Shown: positions 44,765-53,484, counted from the stretch's first letter. The stretch: DNA of 64,000 nucleotides from an uncultured Planctomycetales bacterium (GCA_964354585.1 CAYHAI010000052.1:6283-70282), one strand, 5' to 3'. Notes: generated by a model from the letters alone, not told the origin. A program made the numbers and translations.

Positions 44765-44944
44765 TTTCTCTTACCTATATAAAAAGGGAAAAGCAAAGTT
44801 TCCCCCTTACCCCCACCACTGATTTCACGGATTTTTTAATCACGGATTTCACTGTGTTAGTTCCTTTTATAAACTCTTTGTAAAACTTCTTAATAAGACC
44901 TTAAATAAAAACCGGATTGTCAAATACTGACTTTCCCGTCGGTA

Positions 44945-45070
44945 TTCGGCAACCCGGCTGTCTCTTGCTGTTCGACTCTTCGCTTGCGCTCAGAGTCAAT
45001 TGCTCACTTCGTTCGCAATTGAGATCCGTGGCTTTGTGCCCCCCGATCACTCGGGGTTTACCCTTTCGTT
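44945..45070 (-). ncRNA. c-di-GMP-I (GEMM-I) riboswitch upstream of the giant gene
   Basis: Minus strand GGGTAAACCCCGAGTGATCGGGGGGCACAAAGCCACGGATCTC...GAGACAGCCGGGTTGCCGAA; G at the Vc2 G20-equivalent position; hairpin 44923-44946 overlaps the 3' end. Confidence 0.85.
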
Positions 45071-45099
45071 CCGTGGCTTTCTATCTTATTTACGTTCAA

Positions 45100-45129
45100 A
45101 GTATAACATATAAAAAATATCTCTGTCAA
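45100..45129 (-). promoter_or_regulatory. Sigma70-type promoter for riboswitch and giant gene
   Basis: TTGACA (45124-45129), 18 nt, TATACT (45100-45105), with extended TG. Confidence 0.7.
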
Positions 45130-45242
45130 GTAAAATTTTACCCTAAAAGAGAGCGCTTCCTTTACGCTTACCTATTGAATTTTATAAAGTTCTAACTCTG
45201 ATATGGAACCGATAATTTGACTTAAATTATGCTTATTTTAAG

Positions 45243-45270
45243 AGTAGGTCGGGTTTAAACCCGACCTACT
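45243..45270. repeat. Perfect 28-bp palindrome (GTAG-type REP-like)
   Basis: AGTAGGTCGGGTTT|AAACCCGACCTACT. Confidence 0.9.
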
Positions 45271-45416
45271 ACTTTTCCGATTGGGTTTAGAAGCATTCTT
45301 CTCAGGCAAAGAAGGGGGCATATTGGAAAAGGCGGCTTTATAGCCTTGGGATTTACTTTATTAGCCCCCCTCTAATTTCTTAATTAAACTTAAAAAATAA
45401 TTGCCAATAATGCAGA

Positions 45417-45452
45417 TTGGACATTTCTTTGTTGGTCAGTTTGGACATTTCT
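45417..45452 (+). repeat. Two direct TTGGACATTTCT boxes (24-bp period)
   Basis: 45417-45428 and 45441-45452; the same box recurs at 54718-54795. Confidence 0.8.
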
Positions 45453-45462
45453 ATCTTGATTC

Positions 45463-46338
45463 TTATTGTCCTAAACCATTGAGCAAGCCGCCTTGCATAA
45501 AATTCAGTAAAATTGGCCCACCCACAATAATGGCAATTACTGGCAATATACAAAAAATTAACGGGATGAGTATCTTTATCGGCGCCTGCAGGGCAATCCG
45601 TTCTCCGCGGTGATAACGCTGTAAGCGCGAATCCTCGGAAAGAATGGCAAAGGCATCTGCCACTGGCGTGCCCATCCTCTCTGCCTGGGCAAGCGTATGC
45701 ACAAAAGAGCTTATCTCCAGTATATTTAATCTTTTAGACATATCTTTGAGGGCTTGGCTGCGGGGCTTGCCCCATTTTATCTCTTCCAGCACAAAGGAAA
45801 ATTCTTCAATGATCGGGCTAGGAGGTAACTTCTCAATAATCCACTTTAAAGCGCTATTAAAATCTAGGCCTGCTTCCACGCACAGGCCGATTAAATCTAC
45901 GGTCTCCGGCAGGTAGCGCACAATTATAAATCTGCGCTTGGCAATCTTGCGGTTGAGGATAATCTCCGGGATAAAATAACCCAAGAGCAGGCACAAAACC
46001 AAAACCCAAGCCTCTAATCTTCCCAAGGCAAAATAGGCGGCAATGGGCAGCAAAATCATCAATAATACTTTCAAATTGAAAAATCCAGCGGCAGTCATTT
46101 TCACATGGGCGGCATCCAGCCTGCGCTTTATGCGCACATCCAGCCCTAATTTCTCTAAGAAAGCGCGGCTAAAAGGAATGAGGTAAGAAAAATAAGAGGG
46201 CGCCTTGGGTTTCTTTAATTGCTCCGCTTGTGGCTCATTCTCCTGAATTTTAATGCTCAGCGGCGAACCATAGCCGGCAAGCCCCAGAGAAATTAAAGCC
46301 CCGGCAGCAATCACTAAAAGAAAAATTAATAAAGCCAT
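45463..46338 (-). CDS. tadC: Tad pilus inner-membrane platform protein TadC (T2SS F family)
   Basis: LPETVDLIGLCVEAGLDFNSAL, GKPRSQALKDM, LAQAERMGTPVADAF, APIKILIPLIFCILP. Confidence 0.92.
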   Translation of the reverse strand: MALLIFLLVIAAGALISLGLAGYGSPLSIKIQENEPQAEQLKKPKAPSYFSYLIPFSRAFLEKLGLDVRIKRRLDAAHVKMTAAGFFNLKVLLMILLPIAAYFALGRLEAWVLVLCLLLGYFIPEIILNRKIAKRRFIIVRYLPETVDLIGLCVEAGLDFNSALKWIIEKLPPSPIIEEFSFVLEEIKWGKPRSQALKDMSKRLNILEISSFVHTLAQAERMGTPVADAFAILSEDSRLQRYHRGERIALQAPIKILIPLIFCILPVIAIIVGGPILLNFMQGGLLNGLGQ

Positions 46339-46350
46339 CTACTTCTCCTT

Positions 46351-47202
46351 TTACACATTTATCGTGCTGAATTTACGGATTAAAATCATCCCCACTGCCT
46401 GTAAGACCACGGCGATAATCAGAAGCATCCTTCCCTGTTCGCTATTCAAAAGAATATCAAAGTGATTACGGTTCATCCCCAGCACGCCGACAATGAAAAC
46501 AAAGGGCAGCACGGACATAATCGCGCCTTGCATCCGGCCTTGCATAGTCAAGGTCTTGATATTTTCTTTTAATTTGCGGTTATCGCGGATAGTCGTGGAA
46601 AGCCGGCTAAAGACCTTGGTTAAATCTCCGCCGGTCTCTTTAGCCACTAAAATGGAATTAACCAATAATCCTAATTCCTCTATGCGCATCCTTTCATTCA
46701 GCCGCTTCAAACTCTCATCTAAGGTTATCCCCATCTTATTCTCTCTTAATACCAGGCCAAACTCCTGCGAGATGGGCGGGGGCAGTTCTTCCACTAAAAC
46801 CTCAATGGCCTGGATAAGCGATAAACCTGCTTTTAAAGACGAGGAGAGCAGCTGCACGCCGTCAATGAGTTGCGCCTGAAACCATATTTTGCGCTGGGCC
46901 TGTAATCTTTTGATGATAAGGGTGGGTAAGGCAAAACCGATTCCTATGCCGATAAAGAGAAAAATTAAGCTCTGGAAGAAAATCAGGCCGAATGCCCCTA
47001 AGAGCAACGGCGGCAGGATATGCATCAAGAGCAGTTTATTTTTCTCTATATGGACGAACATCGTATCTAATTGTTTCTCTGATTCTCCTACTTTTTTTTC
47101 TAAAGGGCGCTGGAATTTCTCTAAAAACAAAGGGATTAACTGGGTGGAGAGCAGCCCGATGGAACTAAACGCCAAAATAAGAATACTCAGTTTTAAAACC
47201 AT
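46351..47202 (-). CDS. tadB: Tad pilus inner-membrane platform protein TadB
   Basis: FQAQLIDGVQLLSSSLKAGLSLIQA, ETGGDLTKVF, TLTMQGRMQG; start placed at ATG 47202 just after the upstream pilin stop. Confidence 0.92.
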   Translation of the reverse strand: MVLKLSILILAFSSIGLLSTQLIPLFLEKFQRPLEKKVGESEKQLDTMFVHIEKNKLLLMHILPPLLLGAFGLIFFQSLIFLFIGIGIGFALPTLIIKRLQAQRKIWFQAQLIDGVQLLSSSLKAGLSLIQAIEVLVEELPPPISQEFGLVLRENKMGITLDESLKRLNERMRIEELGLLVNSILVAKETGGDLTKVFSRLSTTIRDNRKLKENIKTLTMQGRMQGAIMSVLPFVFIVGVLGMNRNHFDILLNSEQGRMLLIIAVVLQAVGMILIRKFSTINV

Positions 47203-47203
47203 T

Positions 47204-47371
47204 TTACTTCTCCTGATACTGACGGCCAAAGCCAAAACTATCTGCTGCCTGGCGCCATTTGCCGCAAAGCGAGCGCTTTAAATATACGGACATCCCAATT
47301 AACGCCGCCGCAATGATGGCTATTAAGACCGCGAACTCTAATGCCGAAAAACCGCGTTTAAGACTTCTCAT
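47204..47371 (-). CDS. Small Flp/type IV pilin-like protein (55 aa; not in ORF track)
   Basis: MRSLKRG|FSALEFAVLIAIIAAALIGMSVYLKRSLCGKWRQAADSFGFGRQYQEK; ATGA overlap with the upstream stop. Confidence 0.85.
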   Translation of the reverse strand: MRSLKRGFSALEFAVLIAIIAAALIGMSVYLKRSLCGKWRQAADSFGFGRQYQEK

Positions 47372-47820
47372 TCAGCGCCCTTCCATTGCAGGGAAACCAA
47401 TTTCTTCTTCCCCAATTTAGAAACCGTAAATAATAATGTTTTATTATAACCCGAATAATCGCAAGCCACAACTACTTCTGCGCCCTGTTGAGCATAAAGC
47501 CGCCAATGAGTGAATGATTTTAATTCTGCCTTGACGCGGCTAAAACCCACAGAAAAACTCTTGATAAATGCCTGGCGATAAGCGGATTTTTCTTTTTCAT
47601 TAGGCAGGCCATTATAAGTTGCGCCTACGTCCATTCCCACGGCTTTAAAATTCTCCCAATCAATAAATTTTTCTGCAGGGGCTGAGCCCTTAACCAAATG
47701 CGTAAATACAGCGCGGCAAAAATTAATCTCTTGATTTTTGACCTGTAAGAAAAAGGCAAGGGCAACCATTATTACTACCAGCAAAATTATGTATTCTAAA
47801 ATTGGTTGATTATTTCTCAT
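47368..47820 (-). CDS. Pilin-like membrane-anchored protein, degenerate leader
   Basis: MRNNQPILEYIILLVVIMVALAFF then soluble domain; start at 47820 preferred. Confidence 0.7.
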   Translation of the reverse strand: MRNNQPILEYIILLVVIMVALAFFLQVKNQEINFCRAVFTHLVKGSAPAEKFIDWENFKAVGMDVGATYNGLPNEKEKSAYRQAFIKSFSVGFSRVKAELKSFTHWRLYAQQGAEVVVACDYSGYNKTLLFTVSKLGKKKLVSLQWKGAE

Positions 47821-49871
47821 TCTGTCTTGTCTAAGCACACGTTATCATAACGATAATGAGCTACGCTCTTCCTGACCACCTGGCCATTAAACAAGGGGTT
47901 CCACTTGCCTAAAATTCCCATATTTTTATCGGCCGGGTCAGTGCGGGTTATTTGGACCCAAGGACGGCCTGTAGCATTCTCAAGCACCATACAAACCTCA
48001 TCGCTATGGTGTTTCGTCTTGAGCCGAGGCACCTTAAATCTGTTGGTTTCTATCTTTACAATGTGATAACTGGTATATTTTCCGTTAGCATCTTTGGGAC
48101 AACGGGTATCTGCCCAAGCGTACTCTATAGGATTCTTTCCGCCAAAGGCGTCATATGTCCCTTTGTCATCAATTGCGTTTTGAATTTTATTGTATAAATG
48201 TTTAACTGCTTTACGGAAATCTTCAATCTCCTTCATCATCTGCTCTATATCCTTAATTGCCGGCTTAAACTCATCATCCGCTACATTATCTATAGTCCCT
48301 TCATTGTGTGTTAGCCGACAAGGCGGATTACAAACTTCCTCTGCAGAACCTGTGCCATCAGCGCCACAAGGACCATACACGCACTTAGGTAAATTGCCCC
48401 GTTTCTTTTTAAACTCCTTTTTCCAATCATCTAGTCCCGCAAACTCCTTCGTGCCTTCCGCTAAGTCTTTTAGGCTGTCACGATAGTCTTGCCCTTCACC
48501 ATCTTCATCGCTTTCTTTATCCGGGTCATAAAGAAATCCCATCCAGTCCTCCCATTGGTCCACCAATTGATTTAAACTCTCTGCTCCCCAAGTGTCTATT
48601 GCCTCAATTATTTCTTTAAACTCTGTCACTACTCTATCTACGCTATCATAATATTTATCCTCTTCCTGCTCCGGGCAATCCTCGCCTGTACAAACAGTCG
48701 TCTTAGTATGTTCTGGCGGAGTTCCTGACTTATAGAAAGAAAGGTCATAACCAGCATCTTCTAAACCGCGGGCTAATAAAATAATACTGCCGTCAACACC
48801 ATCTAATTCCTGACGAGACAGGGCGCCGCCTGGCGCATATTGCTCGGCAATAAAATCCCGGAAGACCTTGGCTGGCCCGGCCTGAAATTCTCCGTGAACC
48901 ATTTTACCATTAAAGAATTCATCAATCAATGTCTTTAGCTGGGCAAGGTTAGTTTTAGCATTAGCTATGCGGCGCTCCCACCAATACTGAAAATAAGGGA
49001 CTTTTTCCTCAATATCGCCGTCTTCATCCGAATCAAATTCATCAATGTGCATATTCGGGTCATCTACGGTCTGGCTTAAGGCCTGCAAAAATACGCCTTC
49101 GCGGAAGCGGTCTGCCGCCTGTGGTAAGCCATTTAAAGCCTTGGCAGCGGCGGAAAAAGCTGCTTGGGTTATCTTGTCCGCGATATAGGCATTGTAGATA
49201 CTTGCGCCGGCAGCTAAGGTGGTACCCACAATTCCCCCTGTGCTTGTTAAGAGCGCCAAAGGAGTGTTTGCCACCATTAGGGTGCTACCTTGTGTCATTA
49301 CTCCTGCCAACTCCGTAGACCCAACAGTCGCAGGAGTAACCTGATACATAGCTGGGCCTCCTAAGCTAGTTACTGCTCCGCCAATGGCTAAGCCTACACT
49401 AAACCCTTGGATTGCCCCTTGCAACGCCCCAGGCCCGGCAATCGCGCCACCAATTGCCCCTCCTATTGTACCGCCTATAACTGCATTTCCGATTGTAGTC
49501 AAAGCTAAACTCGCTCCAAAAGTAAACGGTGCCAAAAGTATACCCAGTCCTGCGCCAAAAATCCCGCCAATAATGCCGCCCCAGCCGGTTTTTGTACAAC
49601 ATTTAGTAGGCTTACCACAGGCCTTACGCAACGCATCAGATAACATCCGTGACTTGGTGCCTAATTGCGAGGCAAGGTATAAACTGGCAGCATCTGCAGC
49701 ATTGGATAAGTTAGTGGTAGTTACAGAAATCTGGCCGATATTTACCGTCACTAAAACAAAAATTAAAACCGCCACCATTATCAACATCAATAAGGTGGCA
49801 ATCTGGCCGCTGGGCTTTGTGCTACGCAGGCTATTTAAAGACATTGTCTTATAAAGATAACTAATCATCAT
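47817..49871 (-). CDS. TadG-like large minor pilin/adhesin with glycine-zipper region
   Basis: SG|QIATLLMLIMVAVLIFVLVTVNIGQ...LSNAADAASL (Tad N-terminal motif); Gly-rich hydrophobic segment; Cys-containing acidic C-terminal part. Confidence 0.8.
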   Translation of the reverse strand: MMISYLYKTMSLNSLRSTKPSGQIATLLMLIMVAVLIFVLVTVNIGQISVTTTNLSNAADAASLYLASQLGTKSRMLSDALRKACGKPTKCCTKTGWGGIIGGIFGAGLGILLAPFTFGASLALTTIGNAVIGGTIGGAIGGAIAGPGALQGAIQGFSVGLAIGGAVTSLGGPAMYQVTPATVGSTELAGVMTQGSTLMVANTPLALLTSTGGIVGTTLAAGASIYNAYIADKITQAAFSAAAKALNGLPQAADRFREGVFLQALSQTVDDPNMHIDEFDSDEDGDIEEKVPYFQYWWERRIANAKTNLAQLKTLIDEFFNGKMVHGEFQAGPAKVFRDFIAEQYAPGGALSRQELDGVDGSIILLARGLEDAGYDLSFYKSGTPPEHTKTTVCTGEDCPEQEEDKYYDSVDRVVTEFKEIIEAIDTWGAESLNQLVDQWEDWMGFLYDPDKESDEDGEGQDYRDSLKDLAEGTKEFAGLDDWKKEFKKKRGNLPKCVYGPCGADGTGSAEEVCNPPCRLTHNEGTIDNVADDEFKPAIKDIEQMMKEIEDFRKAVKHLYNKIQNAIDDKGTYDAFGGKNPIEYAWADTRCPKDANGKYTSYHIVKIETNRFKVPRLKTKHHSDEVCMVLENATGRPWVQITRTDPADKNMGILGKWNPLFNGQVVRKSVAHYRYDNVCLDKTE

Positions 49872-50128
49872 TTCTCCCCTAAAATATTTAAACGCAAGTA
49901 TCCGGTTTCATTTACCTGTATCTCAGCAGCATTGGTGGTGTTGCCTGCAGCAACGCGGCCTCTCTCAGGATTATACTCATAATCCCGCTGCCTAAGAATA
50001 AAACGTTTATTTAACCAGATAAATAAATTCAGTGTGCCTAATAAAAGAATAAAGACGCTGATAAGCGCCACAGCCATTTCTAAGGAAACTTGCCCCTTTC
50101 TAAACCTACCTACCAATCTGTTTGCCAT
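49868..50128 (-). CDS. TadE-like minor pilin
   Basis: RKG|QVSLEMAVALISVFILLLG. Confidence 0.85.
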   Translation of the reverse strand: MANRLVGRFRKGQVSLEMAVALISVFILLLGTLNLFIWLNKRFILRQRDYEYNPERGRVAAGNTTNAAEIQVNETGYLRLNILGEK

Positions 50129-51237
50129 TCTTGAGTCCTACTTTTAGGTTCTACCGTGCCGACGACATTTGTTTCATTTGTCTGCGCGTTCTCATTACGC
50201 ATATCCCGAGAAATGATTTTTCTTTCAGTCTCCACCTTCCAATCAAAGGTATCCCGGGAAGCAATGCCAGCAGCACTCTCGCGTTTCTCTAATTTATTAT
50301 TAGTAGTGGCTACCTGGGTATAGCCATCTTGCAAGCCCATACCTTTTGATTTATCCGGGGTAAAGGCAAAAATTTGGTTTAAAACTTTGAAATTATATTG
50401 ATGTGTTTTGTCATTAATCTCTTCGTAATCAGTGGCGGGATTAATGCCGGGCCTAGTCCCGCAATACCAAGGCGCATTCATCGGCTTGCTGCAGGTATCC
50501 GCGCATTTCTTTCCCCCGCCTTCCTCGCAGGTCTCGGTGCAGACTTCTTCATCCACAATCAAGCGGCACTGCCTGACTGCCGCATCATAATTCATAATCT
50601 GACCGGCGCAGCTGTCAATAAATCTTATTTTATTGATGGAGTATTCTTTGCACTTATCCGCGTTCTTAGCATCGTACTTTATACAAGCCTTGTCGTCTTT
50701 GGTCAATTTCTTCAATTTTACCCAGCCTTCTTTGGTTGACCCCTGATTGGTTAACCCCTGAATACTATTACCATATATCTCCACATATTTATCTATGCTT
50801 TCCTCGCTGACATTAAACGAGTAGCTAAATCCAGCGGTCTTGTAGGGAATTTTCTCTCCCTGAACATCAATGATTACCTGCGGCAATTCATCTTCGTAAT
50901 CCGGCGTCTCATCTAATTTATAGGAACGCACAATGCTTGCGCCCGAGGAAAAAGGCATTACCGAGCCCACAGCAAACGTATCCGCAGGATTGGGGATATG
51001 TTTATCTCTGACTACAATGTGTGAAGTAGATACAGGCGTATGCGGATCCATTGACACTGCTGCCGTGGCCAAGGCCTGTCTGAAGGCCTGCTGCATCACC
51101 TGCTGCTGAAAGCCATAGCGCAAGCCATAATTGATTAAGATGCCTAAAAGCATAATTAAAATTGAGCCAAAGATGGCTAATTCTAATATGGCCTGCCCTT
51201 TAATATAAAGATGATTCCATTGTTCCAACTGTCTCAT
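50110..51237 (-). CDS. TadE-like minor pilin with large Cys-rich domain
   Basis: IKG|QAILELAIFGSILIMLLGILINYG; several Cys pairs. Confidence 0.85.
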   Translation of the reverse strand: MRQLEQWNHLYIKGQAILELAIFGSILIMLLGILINYGLRYGFQQQVMQQAFRQALATAAVSMDPHTPVSTSHIVVRDKHIPNPADTFAVGSVMPFSSGASIVRSYKLDETPDYEDELPQVIIDVQGEKIPYKTAGFSYSFNVSEESIDKYVEIYGNSIQGLTNQGSTKEGWVKLKKLTKDDKACIKYDAKNADKCKEYSINKIRFIDSCAGQIMNYDAAVRQCRLIVDEEVCTETCEEGGGKKCADTCSKPMNAPWYCGTRPGINPATDYEEINDKTHQYNFKVLNQIFAFTPDKSKGMGLQDGYTQVATTNNKLEKRESAAGIASRDTFDWKVETERKIISRDMRNENAQTNETNVVGTVEPKSRTQEWQTDW

Positions 51238-51646
51238 CCCCTTTTTGTTTCGTAGTTGAATTATCTAGCACCGATAATGTCTCGGTAGCAAACACATCCT
51301 CATCATCATAATCACCGTCTCCGTTTAGGTCAATATTCGCCCCGGGATGCTCTAAATTAAGCTGGTGCTCACTTAAAGTCCTCGCTGTAGTATTAGAAGT
51401 GCTATTATAACTTACCGTGGAAATTCCGCTGGTATTGCGCGGGGCATACTGCTGGCCTAATTCATCTCCTAATTGGCGTAACCTTCCTTGCATACCGCGC
51501 TTAAGATAAACCTGCATCGCCAATAATGCCGCTACCAGACAAATAACTAACGCGGCGTATTCCAAGGTGGATTGGGCTTTATTTTTTTTCCTGCGATATC
51601 CCCCAAGAAAGAACGCCCTTTTGCGTGGTCGTATCATCCTTTTCAT
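51200..51646 (-). CDS. Pilin-like protein (class III signal)
   Basis: NKA|QSTLEYAALVICLVAALLAMQVYLKRGMQGRL; start uncertain, leader overlaps the upstream gene. Confidence 0.85.
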   Translation of the reverse strand: MKRMIRPRKRAFFLGGYRRKKNKAQSTLEYAALVICLVAALLAMQVYLKRGMQGRLRQLGDELGQQYAPRNTSGISTVSYNSTSNTTARTLSEHQLNLEHPGANIDLNGDGDYDDEDVFATETLSVLDNSTTKQKGDETVGTMESSLY

Positions 51647-51920
51647 AACTTACTGCCCCTCCTGCGCTTTGGGTGGTGGTGGCCTTTGTCACCGCAGAAC
51701 TACTCGTTTCCGAATCGCCCTTTTTTTTCCATTCATATCTGTAGTCATAGTCAGCTGCGCCTTTTTTCTGGTCTCCGATTTTATCTGCTATGACTTTTAT
51801 GTTCGCCTGGATGCCCCTTTTCATATAGACCTGCAGGCCCAAGAGGGCTGCGGAAATAATTCCCACCAGCAGCACATAATCCGTAATACTCTGAGCCTTT
51901 CTCTGAAAAATTATTTTCAT
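51579..51920 (-). CDS. Pilin-like protein (class III signal)
   Basis: RKA|QSITDYVLLVGIISAALLGLQVYMKRGIQA. Confidence 0.85.
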   Translation of the reverse strand: MKIIFQRKAQSITDYVLLVGIISAALLGLQVYMKRGIQANIKVIADKIGDQKKGAADYDYRYEWKKKGDSETSSSAVTKATTTQSAGGAVSYEKDDTTTQKGVLSWGISQEKK

Positions 51921-52243
51921 TTTTTCTCTACCCACGTCTCTACGGTTTCTGTTCCTGTTTCTTTATAAATATCTGCTTGGCCTTTTCCCCCTTGGCCGGA
52001 ATAACTGGTCGTAACCCCCCCGCTTAATTCCTGCACCATTTCTCCTTTATGTCTGGTTTCTGAGTGAACCGCGGTTTTCCCGAGGTCAAATTGCGCGCCG
52101 ATATCATCCGTAGAGGTGCGTAATTTCCCTTGCACCCCGCGCTTAAGATAGGTCTGCAGAAGTAAAAGTGCGGCGATAATCACGCAAACCAGCACTACGT
52201 ATTCCAGGGTAGACTGGGCTTTGGCTAATTTTCGCTTAAACAT
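51917..52243 (-). CDS. Pilin-like protein (class III signal)
   Basis: AKA|QSTLEYVVLVCVIIAALLLLQTYLKRGVQGKL; GGAGGTG RBS. Confidence 0.9.
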   Translation of the reverse strand: MFKRKLAKAQSTLEYVVLVCVIIAALLLLQTYLKRGVQGKLRTSTDDIGAQFDLGKTAVHSETRHKGEMVQELSGGVTTSYSGQGGKGQADIYKETGTETVETWVEKK

Positions 52244-52282
52244 TTGGCTTCACCTCCTAAATTTACTTTGCTCTGTTTACTT

Positions 52283-52627
52283 CTAGTCTGCGTCATCCAC
52301 AGATTTTATCTTCTGATAACCGCTGCGCTCGGTTTCTTTCCCGCCACCTGCTCCGACTACGCGAGTAACTTTACCACTGGCCTCGGTCTTCTCAGTATCC
52401 TTATAAGCCTTGGCCTTGGTTTCATAAGCAGACTCCAGATAATAAGGCTCATACTGGTCTGTCCCAGCGCTTTTAGCGGCCTTATCCACGGTAAATTTCA
52501 CGCCTGCTTGCAGATTTCTCTTGATATAGGTCTGCATCGCGATTGCCGCGGCCACAATTATACCAATAAGGATAGCGTATTCCGCGGTATTCTGGCCCTT
52601 TTTATTTCTCAGCAATGATAGTAACAT
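52283..52627 (-). CDS. Pilin-like protein (class III signal)
   Basis: KKG|QNTAEYAILIGIIVAAAIAMQTYIKRNLQA; GGAGGTG RBS. Confidence 0.9.
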   Translation of the reverse strand: MLLSLLRNKKGQNTAEYAILIGIIVAAAIAMQTYIKRNLQAGVKFTVDKAAKSAGTDQYEPYYLESAYETKAKAYKDTEKTEASGKVTRVVGAGGGKETERSGYQKIKSVDDAD

Positions 52628-52654
52628 TTTCTTATTCACCTCCTATCCCTTGTT

Positions 52655-53020
52655 TTATTTATCAAATAAGGGTTCGTTCACTAATGGCTCCACTGTTTCT
52701 TTGTCTGCGCCCTGGGCGCTATGTTTTATTTCTGCTGGCGTGACCACTTTATAATGAGATACTCCTTGATCTCGAGTAGTCTCGTCATCCGCCAACCCAA
52801 AGGTCTCTTTGGTGGTAGACTCCCCAGCTTGCTCAGTGGTATAGAGAGAAGTTGTCCTACCCGCAGAATACTGCTCGCCAATTTTGTCTGCGGATTCGCG
52901 TAATTTCCCCTGCATACCCCGTTTCATATAGACATTCATCGCCACTAAAGCCGCGGCAATAACCGCAATAATTACTGCGTATTCCAGGGTAGATTGTGCT
53001 TTTTTGTGAGAAAATTTCAT
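52655..53020 (-). CDS. Pilin-like protein (class III signal)
   Basis: KKA|QSTLEYAVIIAVIAAALVAMNVYMKRGMQGKL; GGAGGTG RBS. Confidence 0.9.
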   Translation of the reverse strand: MKFSHKKAQSTLEYAVIIAVIAAALVAMNVYMKRGMQGKLRESADKIGEQYSAGRTTSLYTTEQAGESTTKETFGLADDETTRDQGVSHYKVVTPAEIKHSAQGADKETVEPLVNEPLFDK

Positions 53021-53069
53021 TTTTCTTTCACCTCCTCAACCGCTCTTGCTTAAGAGTTCCCTTATTCTT

Positions 53070-53435
53070 TTAATAATCCTGTTTTTGATAATCCCCGCTC
53101 GCCTGCTTTGTTCTACGGATAGTATCCCGCGTGACACTGCCTTCCTTAGTCATATCTTCTGTTTTAGCATCTTCAAGCACGGCCTGCGTGGATTTACTGG
53201 ATAAATTTCCCATCTCATATTGTCCGGATGCAGTGGCTGCGGTATTACTAATACTCGCCCAATCCCCACTTCCGGTAAGACCAGTATAAAAATCATCTCC
53301 GGCATCTTTAGACCTTGCTTGCATGCCCCTTTTGACATAGGTTTGTATCCCTATGGCTGCTGCGATGACTAGACCAATAAGAATAGCGTATTCCGCGGTA
53401 TTCTGGCCTTTCTTATTTCTTAAGATTCTCAACAT
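53070..53435 (-). CDS. Pilin-like protein (class III signal)
   Basis: KKG|QNTAEYAILIGLVIAAAIGIQTYVKRGMQA; ATG 53435 after AGGAGGTG. Confidence 0.9.
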   Translation of the reverse strand: MLRILRNKKGQNTAEYAILIGLVIAAAIGIQTYVKRGMQARSKDAGDDFYTGLTGSGDWASISNTAATASGQYEMGNLSSKSTQAVLEDAKTEDMTKEGSVTRDTIRRTKQASGDYQKQDY

Positions 53436-53484
53436 ATTTTCACCTCCTAAATTATTCACCTGTTCCGCTGCCACCTGACTAAGG

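Larger units (their letters stand above)
44010..44420 (-). other. Giant-protein domain: N-terminal C39-type cysteine peptidase
   Basis: Cys in KPCGAKALYDYL (44363-44365), His in PFIAHLKGDHYILV (44066-44068), Asp in KVYYIDE (44018-44020), plus NSLYALSRAAEFFG. Confidence 0.85.

Noticed and set aside
711-42653. Dozens of 60-230 aa plus-strand ORFs in the track
   Set aside because: Antisense shadows of the giant minus-strand gene; Ser/Leu/Phe-rich, no recognisable motifs or RBS
44917-45195. 92-aa plus-strand ORF
   Set aside because: Antisense to the riboswitch and promoter; not protein-like
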